Assembly (NCBI GenBank): GCA_951406725.2 | Contig: OX597820.1 | Location: 124,620,001 to 124,684,000, forward strand | Reading direction: 5' to 3' | DNA from: Octopus vulgaris | Taxonomy: Eukaryota | Length of the DNA stretch: 64,000 nucleotides | In this document: one piece after another, positions 25,398 through 40,754 of the stretch | Layout of the letters: every line of letters starts with the position of its first letter | How positions within the stretch are numbered: the stretch's first letter is position 1 | The notes under the pieces: generated by a model | Told to the model about the DNA's origin: nothing | Seen by the model: only the letters and a program-made list of their open reading frames with translations | Database searches by the model: none | Translations under genes and position numbers: made by a program

Positions 25398-28300
25398 ACT
25401 CTTTTATTATACTTTAGTCCTCAAGGGAGATAGTTAAAGAAATGTTATTTCTAACAATGTCGTATTTAATTTTCCATAAAGCAATATTTTACACATTTTT
25501 TGCATCGTTTCAAATTAACTCTGCTGAGTTGTTTTTCACTAAGGAACATTAATTCATGGAATATTGCATAGCTCATATCTTAAATATATCATTGTCCTTA
25601 CAAACTTAAAATTCAGAGTTTTATCTCATTTTAAATCAGACATTTATATAGAATGATATACCGTTGAATATTTATTTATGACATCACGTTTGCAACTTAA
25701 CTTCCTTTCTAATACGATCCTTTTAATTACTGTTACATTTGTGCAAGTTTTTGCTGTTGTTGTTGTTGTTGTAGTGGCTGTTATCATCCTCTTCAATGTT
25801 CCCGCTGCTCGCTTTGCTTTTATTTAAATAGTGCCTAATATCAGTCCATAGGAAGTAGTCATATGTGAGGTAGTTGTAGGTGTTATGATTTGGAAAGAAA
25901 AGACAACATATAATGACGCCATCACTTATCCTCACTTTTTCCATGAGTTACCGTAAATTCATTGTCCTAGCAATAAAAATAACCTTTCTACGTTTTTCTT
26001 TTAATGATTGATAGCTACTCGGCCTAATATAATAGCTGAGTATACGTGAATAATATGGTCTTCTGTACGGTTTATTGGTAGACATGTGTATTGCATTCAG
26101 AACAAATAAAATTTGTTTCATTTAATCAAATGTTCGGGTTTGATGTAGTCCAAATGTAATTTCCTAAACTTGTTAGTCCTCCTTTGGCAATTCAACATCA
26201 TACCTTATCTCATCCCTTGATATATCTTCTCTTTATGTGTATCCTGTAAATACTTCCATTATCGTAGATTTACTGGAATTGTTCCTGTTATACATTTGTG
26301 TCTACTAATCGAATGCCTTTTCTTTCTGCAAATTCTCTTTGTTCCTTTATTGCTGTCCCCATCGTGTAATAATATCTGCACATTTATTGTTTGTTTTCCC
26401 GCACATCTGTGTTACGGTAATCTCATCCTTCTTGTTACCAAGACAAATATGTTCTTCAACGATTTAAACTTTGCATTGATTGTTTTACAATTCTTTGGGC
26501 ATCTTCTTCGATATTTTGTTTCCACACTCACACACACTGAGGTGCAAACGCATGCACACACAAAACACACGCGCACACAGAGACATAGAAACACACACAG
26601 ACACAGACACACATGCGCAAACACACACACACACACACTCATGTATCGTAAAACCCAAAAATTCAAAATACATCTTCGATAATTCTTTCCTTGCTGCTCG
26701 CATTTGGTTGTTTGGAAAAAGTTTTTCAATAAATATATATAGAATTTTTTTTTAAGTGTAAAGTATCATATCATGCCGTGAGCATTATTGACTTGATATG
26801 ATTCCTTTCTGTTCTATTTAGAAAACGAGACAGGGAACAACGATTTATAGGTGCTATATATGATAAATATAGTAACCCACATGGATCGGAGTTCAATGCC
26901 TAAGATTGGCTATGAAAACCATGAGAATCTTAGGCATTTCTACATTCTACATTTTTAACCCAAATTTCAACAATAAAAATCAAATGAAATATTATAAGAG
27001 ATGCATTTTCACCTCACATCGTTTGAATACAGCAAAATATACGTAGCGAGAAAGGCGACAACAATTTCGTGTTTATGATATGCATTAATTCATAAAACAA
27101 TTGTATTATTGTTAGTCCCGTAGACAAAATTCTGTTCTGTTACGTGCAAATAAATTTCCCTCCAAAAAGATGTTAAAATTATTCCTTCTGCATAATCTAA
27201 CAAATCAATGTAAAATTGCGAGGCAGTTTTATAATTAATACTTAATAAAGAATACACAACATTATCAAATATGGTTTATAGACTGGAGAGTTACAAGTTC
27301 ATTTATAACATCGGGCAGAATGCCTTGAAGTAGTTGTCGAAGCTTTTTACTTTCCAAGTTCAAAAGCTGCCAAAGTTGTCCATGCTTTTCATTATACTTG
27401 GCGGCGTGCTGGATACTTGTGGCCAAATGATTGACTGTTTGACACCATATTTCTGCTCTTCTGTCTCTGTTAGAAGCAATTATTGAATATATATTGCTAT
27501 TCGTATTTCAGCATGTCAGTTAATCTGGATATGTTACTTTACTTCCAATAAAGCAAAATAAAATAAAACATATTCAATTTAAGTGGAGCGTGTATATGAT
27601 ATTATGGCGATGTTATTAGGGAAAGCTCCGTACTTTTTGTGTCCAGTGAGAAGGTGCTTGCTGATGGCTGAAAGGAAATTCTTTGTAACGCATTCTTGAC
27701 AATGCAGTTAGTGCCAGAGTAATTATAGAATTTAAACATTATATCTCTGCTTTAGCTGTCGTACATCTTGATTCATAATGAATTCTATTGAAGAGATAAC
27801 ACTTACCGCAGCTACAATTTAACGTTCATGTCAAGCTATTTCATCACCTTCAGTTGACAACAGAGATAATTATACAAATGTTTCACATAGCCAAAATTTA
27901 CTTATTCTCTGTTCCATATCACAAGCTCTTATATCATTTTGGCATCAATTCAATTCAATTTTGCTGAATTGTGTTTCGCTATGGAGCATAAAATCAGAAA
28001 ATATGAAATAACGTACATGATCAATAGAAGACTTCAATTAGTAATTTATTTTCCAGAGCCTGTTCATATTTTTCGAGATACCCTCATGCAAAATAAAAAC
28101 TTTTGACATTATCTTACTTTTAATGCTTGTGTTTTTGTTGCCTCGACTTGGATCAATCAAACAAGGCTCTGTTTGAAGTAATCCTAAACGTGGCTCAAGC
28201 CTCGTTTTTCGAATTAAAAATAGCATATTAGGATCGAAACGTACAGTGTAACTTCCCTTTTTATTTAGGTAGTAGGGTATGTATGATTAGTGGAATATTT

Positions 28301-31058
28301 GAACGCAGATTTTAACAACTGAGCAAGCACGTAAGATATAATGGTATGGTATTTCCTGTGTAAATAGTTCAAGAAGGTATACAAAATTCGAATCCATTGC
28401 AGTTTTTAGTATAATTTCGGGAATCTATTCATTATACTGTAACACTTCATATTCCTGGGATATTTTCTTTTAGTATAATAATCATTGCTGTATTCAAGGA
28501 GGCGACATACACTGAAGGGGAATTTTTGTTTTAGTCAATTTCTAAATATAAAAGACTTTTTATATGTGTTATTTACCCTATGAATATATTGAGTGTAACT
28601 AATCTTAATATTTTTGTATTATTTTACTAATTACAAAATGAGTATGGAGATATAGAATATCGTCAAGATACATGGGACCTAATCAATCTTTCGGTTTTAT
28701 AATTAGCTGTAGCTGGCAAATGGCAAATGAAATTGACAGAAGACCTGGCTTTTTCCAGTCGTCAAACGTCATTTCACATTTCTCCCTGATGTGTTAGCAA
28801 TAAGAAATCAAGCGAAATATTATATAGAAGAAGCGTTTTCCTTTTACACATTTGACAATAGATCGTTATTCTCAACTTGATAAGTAACAATTATTTTCAG
28901 CTTCAAAAAATATATGAATTCACTATGGAGATGATGAGTATTATTCAGAAATACAATTCCATCTAATTACGTGCAAATAAATGCGTTATTCCTCTTACAA
29001 AATGAAATAACTTGGTTTCTTGAAAAGTGTACATAGTTTGATAGTGATATGGAAGTTTTAGACATACACTTGGTAAAAAGGGGTGCATCCTTATTATATG
29101 TGGTATTATAGTATTAATTCAGTATGAATATTATTTAATCTGTTATTTTGATAAATCTTAAGAGTACAATTCAAATTCAGTGTAAATTACGGTTGGACTA
29201 TCCTTATTTTAGAAATCCCTTTCGAGCGTGTCCTCGTGTAAATGTTTGACTGTTGAGTGAGAGAATCGCTTTGAAACGAATAATTACTGCACCTTCCTCA
29301 TGCATCGCAAATTTAGCTTTCTTACATTATGAATACTCTTAAAATCATTAAGCATTTACAGTTGTTCACCTCGCTTTCCACTTTGAGGGCATGTTTTTTT
29401 CATTAGGTTCAGTTAACAAGAAAGATAATCAAATACCTTTTAATACTGAAAATTACTTACTTCCTAGTACATATACAACAAATATAAACATTGTTTTGGC
29501 ATCGTTTCAATTTAATTTTGTTAGGCAATATTATTTTATGGGAATTCAATATGAGGAACTGCTGAAATATTGTGTACAACCATATACGTAATATATACAG
29601 TTGTTTTATTACTGTTTAAAATTCTAATAACTTTTTCTATTTTCAGTCACAAGCTCCTTTAAAATAAGATATCTATGATGATTTATCTAAGAACTTGTTT
29701 TTCGTAATGATTTTGTTGTTAATATTGAGACTAATATCACTCTCGATCAAAATCCGTTACTTAATATTTTACTTCCTTTTCTTTAAGGTTGTAGAGTGTG
29801 TTTTGAAGAATTTGCTGTTATTTATAACAACTGAGCTACTACATATATGTTATTGTTAAAAGAAGACGGGACTTAAAGCTTTATCTTGAAGATAACTTCT
29901 CTTCTGAGCTTTTCATCAAAACAATTAACCTTGCTGTGCACTTGAGTTTTTCTTTTCAATTTTGCGTGTCTAAATATATAATAGTTTGCATACTATAATA
30001 ATTTGTTCTTGTGCAAGCATGGCCGTATTTGTACAGACTACGTTTACGGCATGTAACCTTTCTTTAATTTAATCTCTCCCTATATAACTTCTTTTATGCA
30101 TCAAGTGATAGAGCATAAGAATATTTTATGTGAAATGCTGATCGTTGTAAACACGGAGTATGTCTTTGTTTCATGTTCCTTTTGTTTACAAATGAAAGTG
30201 GAGTATCTATGATAGAGGTAGTAAGTTACTGGCAACCTAATCAACTCTACGTGTTGTGAAATTGAAGTGGCTTCAGTTAGTAATTGAACTAAGAAAAGAC
30301 ATGAATTTCCACTGGTTACCTCTTCTGTATATATAACACCGAACTGGAAACGTGAGAAATTAAATAACACAGTATAAAAGGAATAGCTCTTTCATTAGAT
30401 ACATTTGAAGATAAAATGATACTTTCAACTTGAAAGCAACAATTAATTACTGTATATTATATACACATATTCTAATAAATGATGTGTATTATTGCTACTT
30501 CCATAGACAAAACTCCGTTTGTGTTACTTATAAATATCAAATTTCCTGTGATACAGAAAGCTGCAATTATTACTTCTCTGTACAATTGCACATTGATTGA
30601 CAGTTATATGGCAGTTTCAAAGATGTACTTAAGGCGCCAGGCCATCTCTATTAAGTATGGCTTTAGTAATCTTACTTTAGGTTGTCCATTATTTCCAGAT
30701 ATCTTCGCTAATTAATTCGAAGAAAGAAACTAGATGCTAATAAGAAATGCAATTAGAGTATACTTTATATAATACGATGTTTCTGTATGGGGAAACTCGT
30801 TTTATATTGTGGCCCCAAGCAAGCTGATGCATATGGGAACAGCACACAAAAGCTGCTAATGTTGCATATAAGTTTTAATTAGTGAAAAGATAATTAAGAT
30901 GTACGAAATCATAATTAGGATGAGATATAAATGAGACGTAAATATTCATTATGCCAGTACATATAATATTCCTACCTCCGAGAACAATGACTGTTTTATA
31001 TTAGAATATGAAGTCCACAGAAAACATATATCAACGCAAGCAAATACATAAGCACCCC

Positions 31059-31130
<72 letters not shown>

Positions 31131-31192
31131 TAAACATAAACATATATGAATACTCGTTTATTATGGACTTCCGTAATCGCATGCACAATGAT

Positions 31193-31428
31193 ATACCTAT
31201 TTCTTTACTACCCACAAGTGGCTATGCACAGAGGGGACAAACAAGGACAGACATAGGTATTACGTCGATTACATCGACCCAAGTGCGTAACTGGTACTTA
31301 ATTTATCGACCCTGAAAGGATGAAAGACAAAGTTGATCTCGGCGGAATTTGAACTCACAACGTAACGCAGACGAAATAGCGCTAAGCATTTCGCCAGGCG
31401 TGCTAACGTTCCTGCCAGCTCGCCGCCT
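31193..31428 (-). mobile_element. SINE family B, full monomer with ~17-bp TSD
   Basis: Reverse complement of 18831-19065. TSD atgcacaatgatatacc (31181-31197) / atactcaatgatatacc (31429-31445). Confidence 0.9.
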
Positions 31429-31693
31429 ATACTCAATGATATACCGTCACCGCGTCCCATTCCTGAGCGTAGTGTTCATAACGGCATTATAATTCATGCA
31501 CATGCGCGAACAGAGGTAATTTGTAATTTGAGTTTCTACTTGGCAAACATTGCATGTTCGAATAGCGAAAAAAACTTCTATTTCATTCTTTCTTTTTTCT
31601 TTCTAGTTTATATTATCCAGTTTTTCGTCGTTGATTTTTAAAATATTAAATGTACGTTCTCTTAACAACTGCTTTGCATTAATTCATCTGATA

Positions 31694-31895
31694 AAGGCAG
31701 TGAGCAAGCAGAATCGTCAGCACGCTGGACAAAATGTCTATTGGCGTTTCGCCCGCCTTTACGTTCTGAGTTCAAATTCTGCCCAGGGCAACTTTTATTT
31801 CATCCTTTCTGGGTCGATAAAATAAGGACCAGATGAATACTGGGGTCGATCTAATCGACCTACCCATCTCCCACGAACTTACTGGCTTTGTGTCA
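31694..31895 (+). mobile_element. SINE family B-related older copy
   Basis: aaggcagtgagc...gcagaatcgtcagcac...gagttcaaattc...tttcatcctttctgggtcgataaa...ggggtcgatctaatcgac. Confidence 0.75.
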
Positions 31896-32471
31896 CCAAT
31901 AGTTGACACCAATAGTTGTCAGCTTTGCATTGTATATTTTCAACTATTGCATACGTTGCTGGCGTTCAGCTAACAGTAAATGCCATTCCTTGGCATACTT
32001 ACACTTGTCTCGTCTTCATGGATTTCTTTCCTTATAACTTCCAGAAAATTTTGAATATATATGCGCGCGCGAGGATGGGTGCATATGAATTGGCCTATTT
32101 AAAATATTTCCTGTAATCCAGGTGCTAGTTACAGAAATTGATGTAAAAGTCTGTCGTTGCAAGGTTTATTTTTAAATAATTTAATGTCATATGTTGGAGT
32201 TGGGCAACGTTTTGCATATTTATATTGTTCTCCTTAAATTGTCTATTTGAATGCGAATGCCGGCTTGTTGTATACTGTTAGAAATTAGGAGTCCCACTGA
32301 TTGTTGGAGGAGAGGAGGAGGAGCAAAACTAATGTAGAAAGAAGTAGGAGAAGTGAGAGTTAGAGATTAATTTAATAAGAGTACGCACATGCACAACGTT
32401 TATGTATACAGATACACACACACACACATATATATATATGTATATATGTATGCCTGTATCTATCTTTCTCA

Positions 32472-32538
<67 letters not shown>

Positions 32539-32551
32539 ATAATATATATAC

Positions 32552-32618
<67 letters not shown>

Positions 32619-32629
32619 TGTATATGATT

Positions 32630-32790
32630 GCTTGTCCCACCCACCATCCCCCACCATCGGTTTAGCAAAAGAGACCGACAGAGTAAGTACAAAGCTTACA
32701 AAGTATAAGTCCGGGAGTCGATTCGTTCGACTAGAGGCGGTGCTCCAGCATGGCCGCTGTCAAATGAATGACACAAGTAAAATAATAAAC
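32630..32790 (+). mobile_element. SINE family A, 3' half
   Basis: gcaaaagagaccga...ggcggtgctccagcatggccgc...acaagtaaaa, downstream of a TA tract. Confidence 0.75.
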
Positions 32791-33074
32791 GAATATATAT
32801 ATAATGCCCACGGGCATACATCGGAACTGTTCCATTTTGTCCCTCGAATCTTAGGACAGCAACAGCACAATGGAGTGGGAGGATGGGAATGAGGGGAAGG
32901 CCACACTGCTGCTAAAAACTATGACACACACAAGCATACACACACACATACACACACGTGCACACAGGCAATCATTCACAACAACAAGGACACAATCGGA
33001 TGCGCACATAAGGATACATATCTTAAAAGAACACAATGGAGTACGTGGAGCAAGTGCACACGCGGAAACAAAAA

Positions 33075-33116
33075 GTGTCGCTGAAGAGGTCACAGATGTG
33101 TGACGAAAGACGCCCG
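33075..33116 (+). ncRNA. Degenerate hammerhead (family E, second copy)
   Basis: CUGAAGA(33081-87)-G-GUCACA-GAUG-UGUGAC-GAAA(33105-08). Stem II is perfect; stems I and III and the NUH triplet have decayed. Confidence 0.5.
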
Positions 33117-33293
33117 TAAAATAGTCATAAGATAATAAAAGAAAAAAAAGTAATAAACGAATGAAGAAAAACATATATGTAGAGCGTGAATTTATTTGGC
33201 AAAAACAAAAATAATATGTACATCCCGAAATACAGCAATGTCTGTCTCAACACATGATTTCACGTCAAGAATCTTGCATTGCGAATTGATAAA

Positions 33294-33366
<73 letters not shown>

Positions 33367-33570
33367 TAACATCAAATGATGAAGAGAAGGTTCTTATGAA
33401 ATAACTCTGAAATAGGTCCGATATGGTAATAACGGGATTTTTTAGAAATTTCTATCGGCCTTCTTCGAAATGCGTGCTTGTTAGTGATAAATTACATGGT
33501 TATTAACGTTGTCTATATTCGGCATATTTTGGCGTTAGAGATTCTTTTCTATTGCCCTTACTTATAAATT

Positions 33571-33650
<80 letters not shown>

Positions 33651-33660
33651 GGTATGTATG

Positions 33661-33703
<43 letters not shown>

Positions 33704-33751
33704 GTTTTGTACACCACGTTGTCTTCGTTTTTGGGGTTTTTCGTAAACTCT

Positions 33752-33841
<90 letters not shown>

Positions 33842-33934
33842 ATGTATATGTGTATGTGTGTATATATATATGTGTGTGTACGGAAAGAAACATACAAGTA
33901 AACAAAGAGAATAGACAGATAACGGAAAGATATA

Positions 33935-34130
<196 letters not shown>

Positions 34131-34654
34131 GGCTGGATGGATTCCTTGAAAGAAAGACAGTCAGAAAGTATCAAAGAGAGACAGATAAATACAGTTATAT
34201 GGAATTTTCTGTGCGTGTCTTACGTGTTTGCACACTTAGTTATTGATTTAGGCCTTCACCAGATGCAATGCCTACAGGTTTTATCCCAGTGTACCTTACG
34301 TGTTCCTTTGCAAGTATAGGTGAATCTTATTGCCTATATAAACCATGCGTGCGGAATTATTATAACTCTCAATCTAATACTATTAAATTGATTCCTCTCT
34401 TCTATATCATTTATCGAATCTAACGGATATGAAATAAAATGCTCGTACTTATATATGATTGTAAAAAAAAAATCCTGATTTCTATACAGTACTCTCTATA
34501 AAGGGGATATTTTAAAAATTCCACTCCGCCCTTTCAGCTGTTTGATTTAGGTCAATTGTTGCGTTCGCTCGCTCTGCTCCAACATCCTTATCTTTAATAT
34601 CCATCTCCACATTAATTCTTCAGTTGCACAATCAATGGACTTCTATTTATATAT

Positions 34655-34853
34655 AATAACAATAATAATAATAATAATAATAATAGGAGTAATAGTAGTA
34701 GCAATAGTAGTGGTTATAGTTGTAGTAGTAGTAATAAAACTATAATACTAATAATACCAATAACAATAGCAATAATAATGTGTGTAAATAAAATAACGAT
34801 AACAATAATTATAATAATAATAATACTAATATTTATAATAATAATAATATATA

Positions 34854-34911
<58 letters not shown>

Positions 34912-34953
34912 TAATAATAATAACAATAATAATGATAATAATAATAATAATAA
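34655..34953. repeat. Imperfect (AAT)n/(AGT)n microsatellite
   Basis: Low-complexity trinucleotide tract. Confidence 0.9.
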
Positions 34954-35386
34954 TTGTTTCTTCTATAATTCATTGAATTATATTTTTATTGGAGTCGGCC
35001 TCTTTTGGGAATTTCTTGTTTTTTTTAAGTATATATTTTTGGATGTTTAACGCATTCATCTTGTGCGTCAAACAGAAAAGGTAGATAGATGTGAGGGAAA
35101 CTTCTCACTCCTTCGCATCATCACGAACATCAACGCTACGATTGTAAAGCTTACCCGTTCACAAAGCAACAACAGCAAAAAAAAGTCGAAAGCGATGCAC
35201 TTTTAGTAACGCAACCAAAATTAGCTCCAACATACTTTCCATCAATTTTAGTATCATAAGCATTTACATCACCCACAGCATCTTTTCAATCTAACCATCA
35301 CTTACTCCACCTACTGATAATCCTTACACTTTGATTCCTCCTTTTTTCCTTCTCCTTTTTTTGTTCATCTTAATAATTCCAGCCAT

Positions 35387-35393
35387 GACCACC

Positions 35394-35427
<34 letters not shown>

Positions 35428-35488
35428 CCATCATAAATCATCATCATCATCATCATCGTCGTCGTCGTCGTCGTCATCATCATCATCC

Positions 35489-35529
<41 letters not shown>

Positions 35530-35557
35530 GTCGTCGTCGTCGTCGTTGTCGTCATCA
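35387..35557. repeat. Compound (CAC)/(CAT)/(CGT) microsatellite
   Basis: Trinucleotide runs, the source of the poly-H/R ORF. Confidence 0.92.
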
Positions 35558-35998
35558 TTCGGAACAAGTATTCATCTTAATAATTTTGAACGCCATCACC
35601 TCAACTGCTCCTTTACGTAATTATTGGTGGTTAATCATTATTTTCCACTCTCTAATTATCTGCACTGACCAAATATTAAAGATTAAAAAATGCCAGATAC
35701 CCGTACATTCCTGCTCAATGGCTTAAAATGGAGTAGGACACTTAAGATAATGTTGCAGAATATCTTATAAAAATGTAAGATTACAGGAATAACGTACTTT
35801 GAAGACTTTACAAAAATTAAGCAGTCTAGTAACAGATGCAACAATAATGAGGAAAAGGATAGCAGAGACTTCATCCTTACTTCAGAAAATACGGCATTTT
35901 GTACGCATTCCTCTCCGAGGCCAAATCTCACCCACTCTGTCGACAGGCGGCTTACTACTGACCGCTGCTCAGAAGAATTTTGGTTTTAGAGATTTATT

Positions 35999-36093
<95 letters not shown>

Positions 36094-36096
<3 letters not shown>

Positions 36097-36937
36097 TAGT
36101 TTTATTTTTATATCGTGCTTTCACTTCACTACCGAGCACAGCTCTGTGTGCCTTGGGTATGTGCTGTGATTTGTTGTGATGCTCTGATGGTTATTGTATG
36201 GAAAGTGTTCTGCGTAGGATGTGTGCAGTGCCTAGTAGTGCAATTTTCTGTATGTTATATGTGTTTGTAAGTCCTGGTGTTTTTGTTATGTATTTGTCTG
36301 AATATTTTTTTATCATGCCTAATGCACCTACTAGGATAGGAATTGTTTCTGTTTTCAGATTCCACATTCTGGTTACCTCTATTTCCAGGTCTTTGTATTT
36401 TGAGAGTTTCTCCATTTCTTTTAGAGACACGTTGTCATCTGCCGGTATTGATACATCAATTAGAAAGCATTTTTTTTCTTCATGATCTCTGACAACTATA
36501 TCTGGTCTGTTGGCCTTAATTTCTCTATCTGTGTGTATCGGCATATCCCAGAGTATGGTTGCTTTCTCGTTTTCTGTGACCTTTTCTGGTGTGTGCCTAT
36601 ACCATCTTTTTTCTGTTATTATTCCACTAATGTTGGCATAGCTTCCAATGTATGTAGGTTCCAACTCTGTCATGTCTGTGAATATATTCCTTCTTAGCCA
36701 AGACTGGGCAGCTAGAGATAATATGATTTATTGTTTCTTGTCCATCTCCACATATTCTGCAGTTACTTGTAATATTTCTTTTCATTACATGTTTTTGGTA
36801 ATTTCTGGTGGGGAGGCTTTGGTCTTGTGCTGCAATTAAAAATCCCTCTGATTCTACTTTGAGTCCTGAGCTTCTCAACCATTGCTGGGATTTTTCTTTG
36901 TCTATTTCTTTTGCGTTTAGTTTAGTCCAGTATTTAC

Positions 36938-36940
<3 letters not shown>
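36094..36940 (-). mobile_element. 5'-truncated R4/Dong-clade non-LTR retrotransposon (CCHC knuckle plus restriction-like endonuclease) inserted in (TAA)n
   Basis: ORFs 36627-36878 (AAQDQSL..CRICGDGQETINHIISSC..RHD) and 36191-36673 (ILWD..NRPDIVV..LIDVSIP..EKLSKY..VGALG) are joined by one frameshift near 36628. TTA runs flank both sides. Confidence 0.9.
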
Positions 36941-36980
<40 letters not shown>

Positions 36981-37081
36981 GTAGTAAGAACGTTAGAAAT
37001 GTTATTGCAGGAAATATATTGCAGAGATGCGTCTATCGATTGTGTGTGTACAATAAGAATGTTATATAGGTCTCTCCCTCC

Positions 37082-37121
<40 letters not shown>

Positions 37122-37213
37122 ACACATGCATGAATATGTATCAAGTGTACACGTATATACATGTATATACACACACACAAACACATACACACTTATATCT
37201 GCATGTATCTATG

Positions 37214-37273
<60 letters not shown>

Positions 37274-37619
37274 AAAATATGTCTGTTTCTTTCTCTCTCT
37301 CTTTCAGCCAATCCCTCTGAACTCTGTGTCTCTCTCCTCGTCCCTCTCATTTTGTATATATGTATTATATGTATATACCGTTAATAAACTGCACTCCATA
37401 CTTGAGGCTCCGATAAATCTATGGGGCGTTACTCAGTCACTCAAGTATGTGTCCACTGCGTCTTATAACAAAAACAGCCGTAAGCTAATGAAGCCCATAA
37501 AATAAACTTCTATTCCTTTGCCATCTCATTTTCTCATAAGCATAGATACATAGATACATACATACAGACACAGACACACACACACACACACACACACAGA
37601 CATACACGTCTATATACAT

Positions 37620-38135
37620 AAAGACTGTGTGAAGGAAAACCTGAAGAAACTAGATATGAACGGAAGTGTTTGAGAATATTATGCTCTAGATTGGAACAAG
37701 TGGAGATGTACTGTTAGGACTGGTTGTAATGCCTGGGGGGGAAAGATGATTCAGCACTCTGAACTTAAAAGGGCCTGTCGTAAAGGAACAAATAGAACTG
37801 TAATCAACTAAGAAGATTGGGTGTGTGTTATATGTGATCTTCTTCTGTTGGCAAAATGAGGAGGGATGAAGCATTTGAAGTCGCATGAACATCGAAATGC
37901 CTAGATAGGTAATGATCTTGGTCACCAACTATCTCTTACAACTTGTGTCATATGTCAATATCTTGTATGAAAATATCTGGACTTAAAGAACATATGTTAG
38001 TACACAAAAACATTCCTTCAGAATCAGATTTCAAAGGGGAAAATATATAGAAGAAACTTCAATAATATCTGTCACTTGTGTTTTAAACTCTGTCGGTCAG
38101 CAGCTGGTCTTAAGAGGCATCTTATGGCTCTAATA
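37620..38135 (+). mobile_element. RTE-like LINE ORF C-terminal relic with three C2H2 zinc fingers
   Basis: From 37620: KDCVKENLKK..V*EYYALDWNKWRCTVRTG..KRACRK..WVCVICD..LAK*GGMKHLKSH, then TCVIC../SGLKEHMLVH, then ICHLCFKLCRSAAGLKRHL. In-frame stops and frameshifts are present. Confidence 0.65.
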
Positions 38136-38177
38136 GCTCAGCAACGGAGTGATTGTACTGTGTAATGGGGTGTGTAT

Positions 38178-38260
<83 letters not shown>

Positions 38261-38324
38261 TTCTATACACATACATAGATACAAATACTATATATATGAT
38301 ATGTACTATGTAATGGGTGTATAT

Positions 38325-38389
<65 letters not shown>

Positions 38390-38974
38390 CACATACATAG
38401 ATACAAACACTGACATACTGTATTTCTCTCTCTATGTCTCTCTCTGTCTCTGTCTCTCTTTCTCTCTCTGACACACGCATACACACACAGACATACCTAC
38501 ACGTTCACTTATATATGAGGATCTTCAATATGGTCGCACATTGAAACATAATTTCACTCAAGTGAAAATAATGAACAATAACAACCAAACAAAATAATTG
38601 TTATCAATCAGTTTAACTTCAAACCTTCGACATTGGCATCGCCACCCTTATCTTATTAGCAGTGATAATTATCTTTCTTCATATCAACCATTAGCTTCAT
38701 TAATATTATCGTTATAATCCTCAAGTTTATGAAGCTATTGATTTGAGTGAGAAATAGAAAGGTCAAGCCAACATCACGTAGACGTGCCCTTGTCACATTG
38801 GTTACCAATTATGTTCTTTGTTGGCCTATTGGTCATCGATTTTGGCAAAGAGATGAATCTTAAATGTATCTTCAGAGTATAGTGCCAAAATATTTTTTTA
38901 AAAGACATATAACTACAAAGGTAATAAAATCTACGCACACACCATCCCATACAAGCACACACACATATATACCT

Positions 38975-39455
<481 letters not shown>

Positions 39456-40604
39456 CCCTTGCGAAAAACAACTACAATGGAACAGGACCAAACGATGCGA
39501 GCTTATTCGAAATCTTTAACATAAAAAGATTTGTCTAGACTTATGGTGCATTAATCTACATGATTGCTCCAAAATCTTCTAAAAACACTTCAACAACTGT
39601 TGGCATAAATTGTCTCTGAAGCAAACAGAAGAATACTAGTCTTTGAAAGTTTTCTCTCCCTCAAGCAATACAAAACGAAAATTAGATGCTACACTCTTCA
39701 GACCAATTGACTATGTCGGTGTTTATCATCGAAGTCTAAAGGAAATTTCTCCCGTTTGGAAATCACATATTTGTTGATGTCATTGAGAACTGCCATACAC
39801 CATGTAAGTTATGTTTTGCTGTAAAAGTATTGATTTCTTACGTAAGAGGAAGACCATAAGTAAATTATGGAAAAGGAGTAGACGAATAAAGAGTAGTATT
39901 TGACAGACATTTTAGTGCATCAAAGTAGAAGTGAAAGGCAGTATCAATAGTAGTGACATTTGGTGAGGGAGACAAAGGGAAATGACCGGGAAAATAATAA
40001 AAATATAACTGAATGGCAACACGAAAATAATAAATTTGTCATAAAAATTTTTTTGTTGATTACGGTATTAAGATTTCGCAACAACGTCAAAGATATATAT
40101 GAATTTAATTTATATTGAAGATTTGCATTATATTAACATGTAATATATAACAGAAAATCAGTTAGACGTATACTATAAATACACACAATTATACACACAT
40201 ACATATAGTGAGGTACATATTCATATACATATTCACATATAATCACACCCACTTTACACGTGTTCAACTTCATAACTCAAAGCTAACAGTAAGATTTAAT
40301 GCTATCATGTCATAGAACATTCCAGTAATTGTTGAAGCTGTAGTGATAGGAGCAACCGATGGCTAACTAACAATGGATCTAATCGTTTCGAAAAAAAAAA
40401 AATGAAATGATGACGAATATACTCCCTAATCTGTGCAACACTATGTCTCAGACGGAGTAATTGCCGGCAGCCCATATTTGTCCGTGGTACTTGTCAAGGA
40501 TGTTGTCAAGGTTGAATGTTTGGAGCATGTCTATTAGACCAAGTTAGACTTTTCCAACCTAAGCTCTTGAAGTCTCTTTCCATATGCTGTGAATTCCTTT
40601 TCTC

Positions 40605-40634
40605 CTTCTTCTTCTTCTTCTTCTTCTTCTTCTT

Positions 40635-40715
<81 letters not shown>

Positions 40716-40718
40716 GTT

Positions 40719-40754
<36 letters not shown>

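Noticed and set aside
35799-35995. KLSSLVTDATIM.. resembling the hAT transposase TDGA motif
   Set aside because: Too short and degenerate to support without a search.
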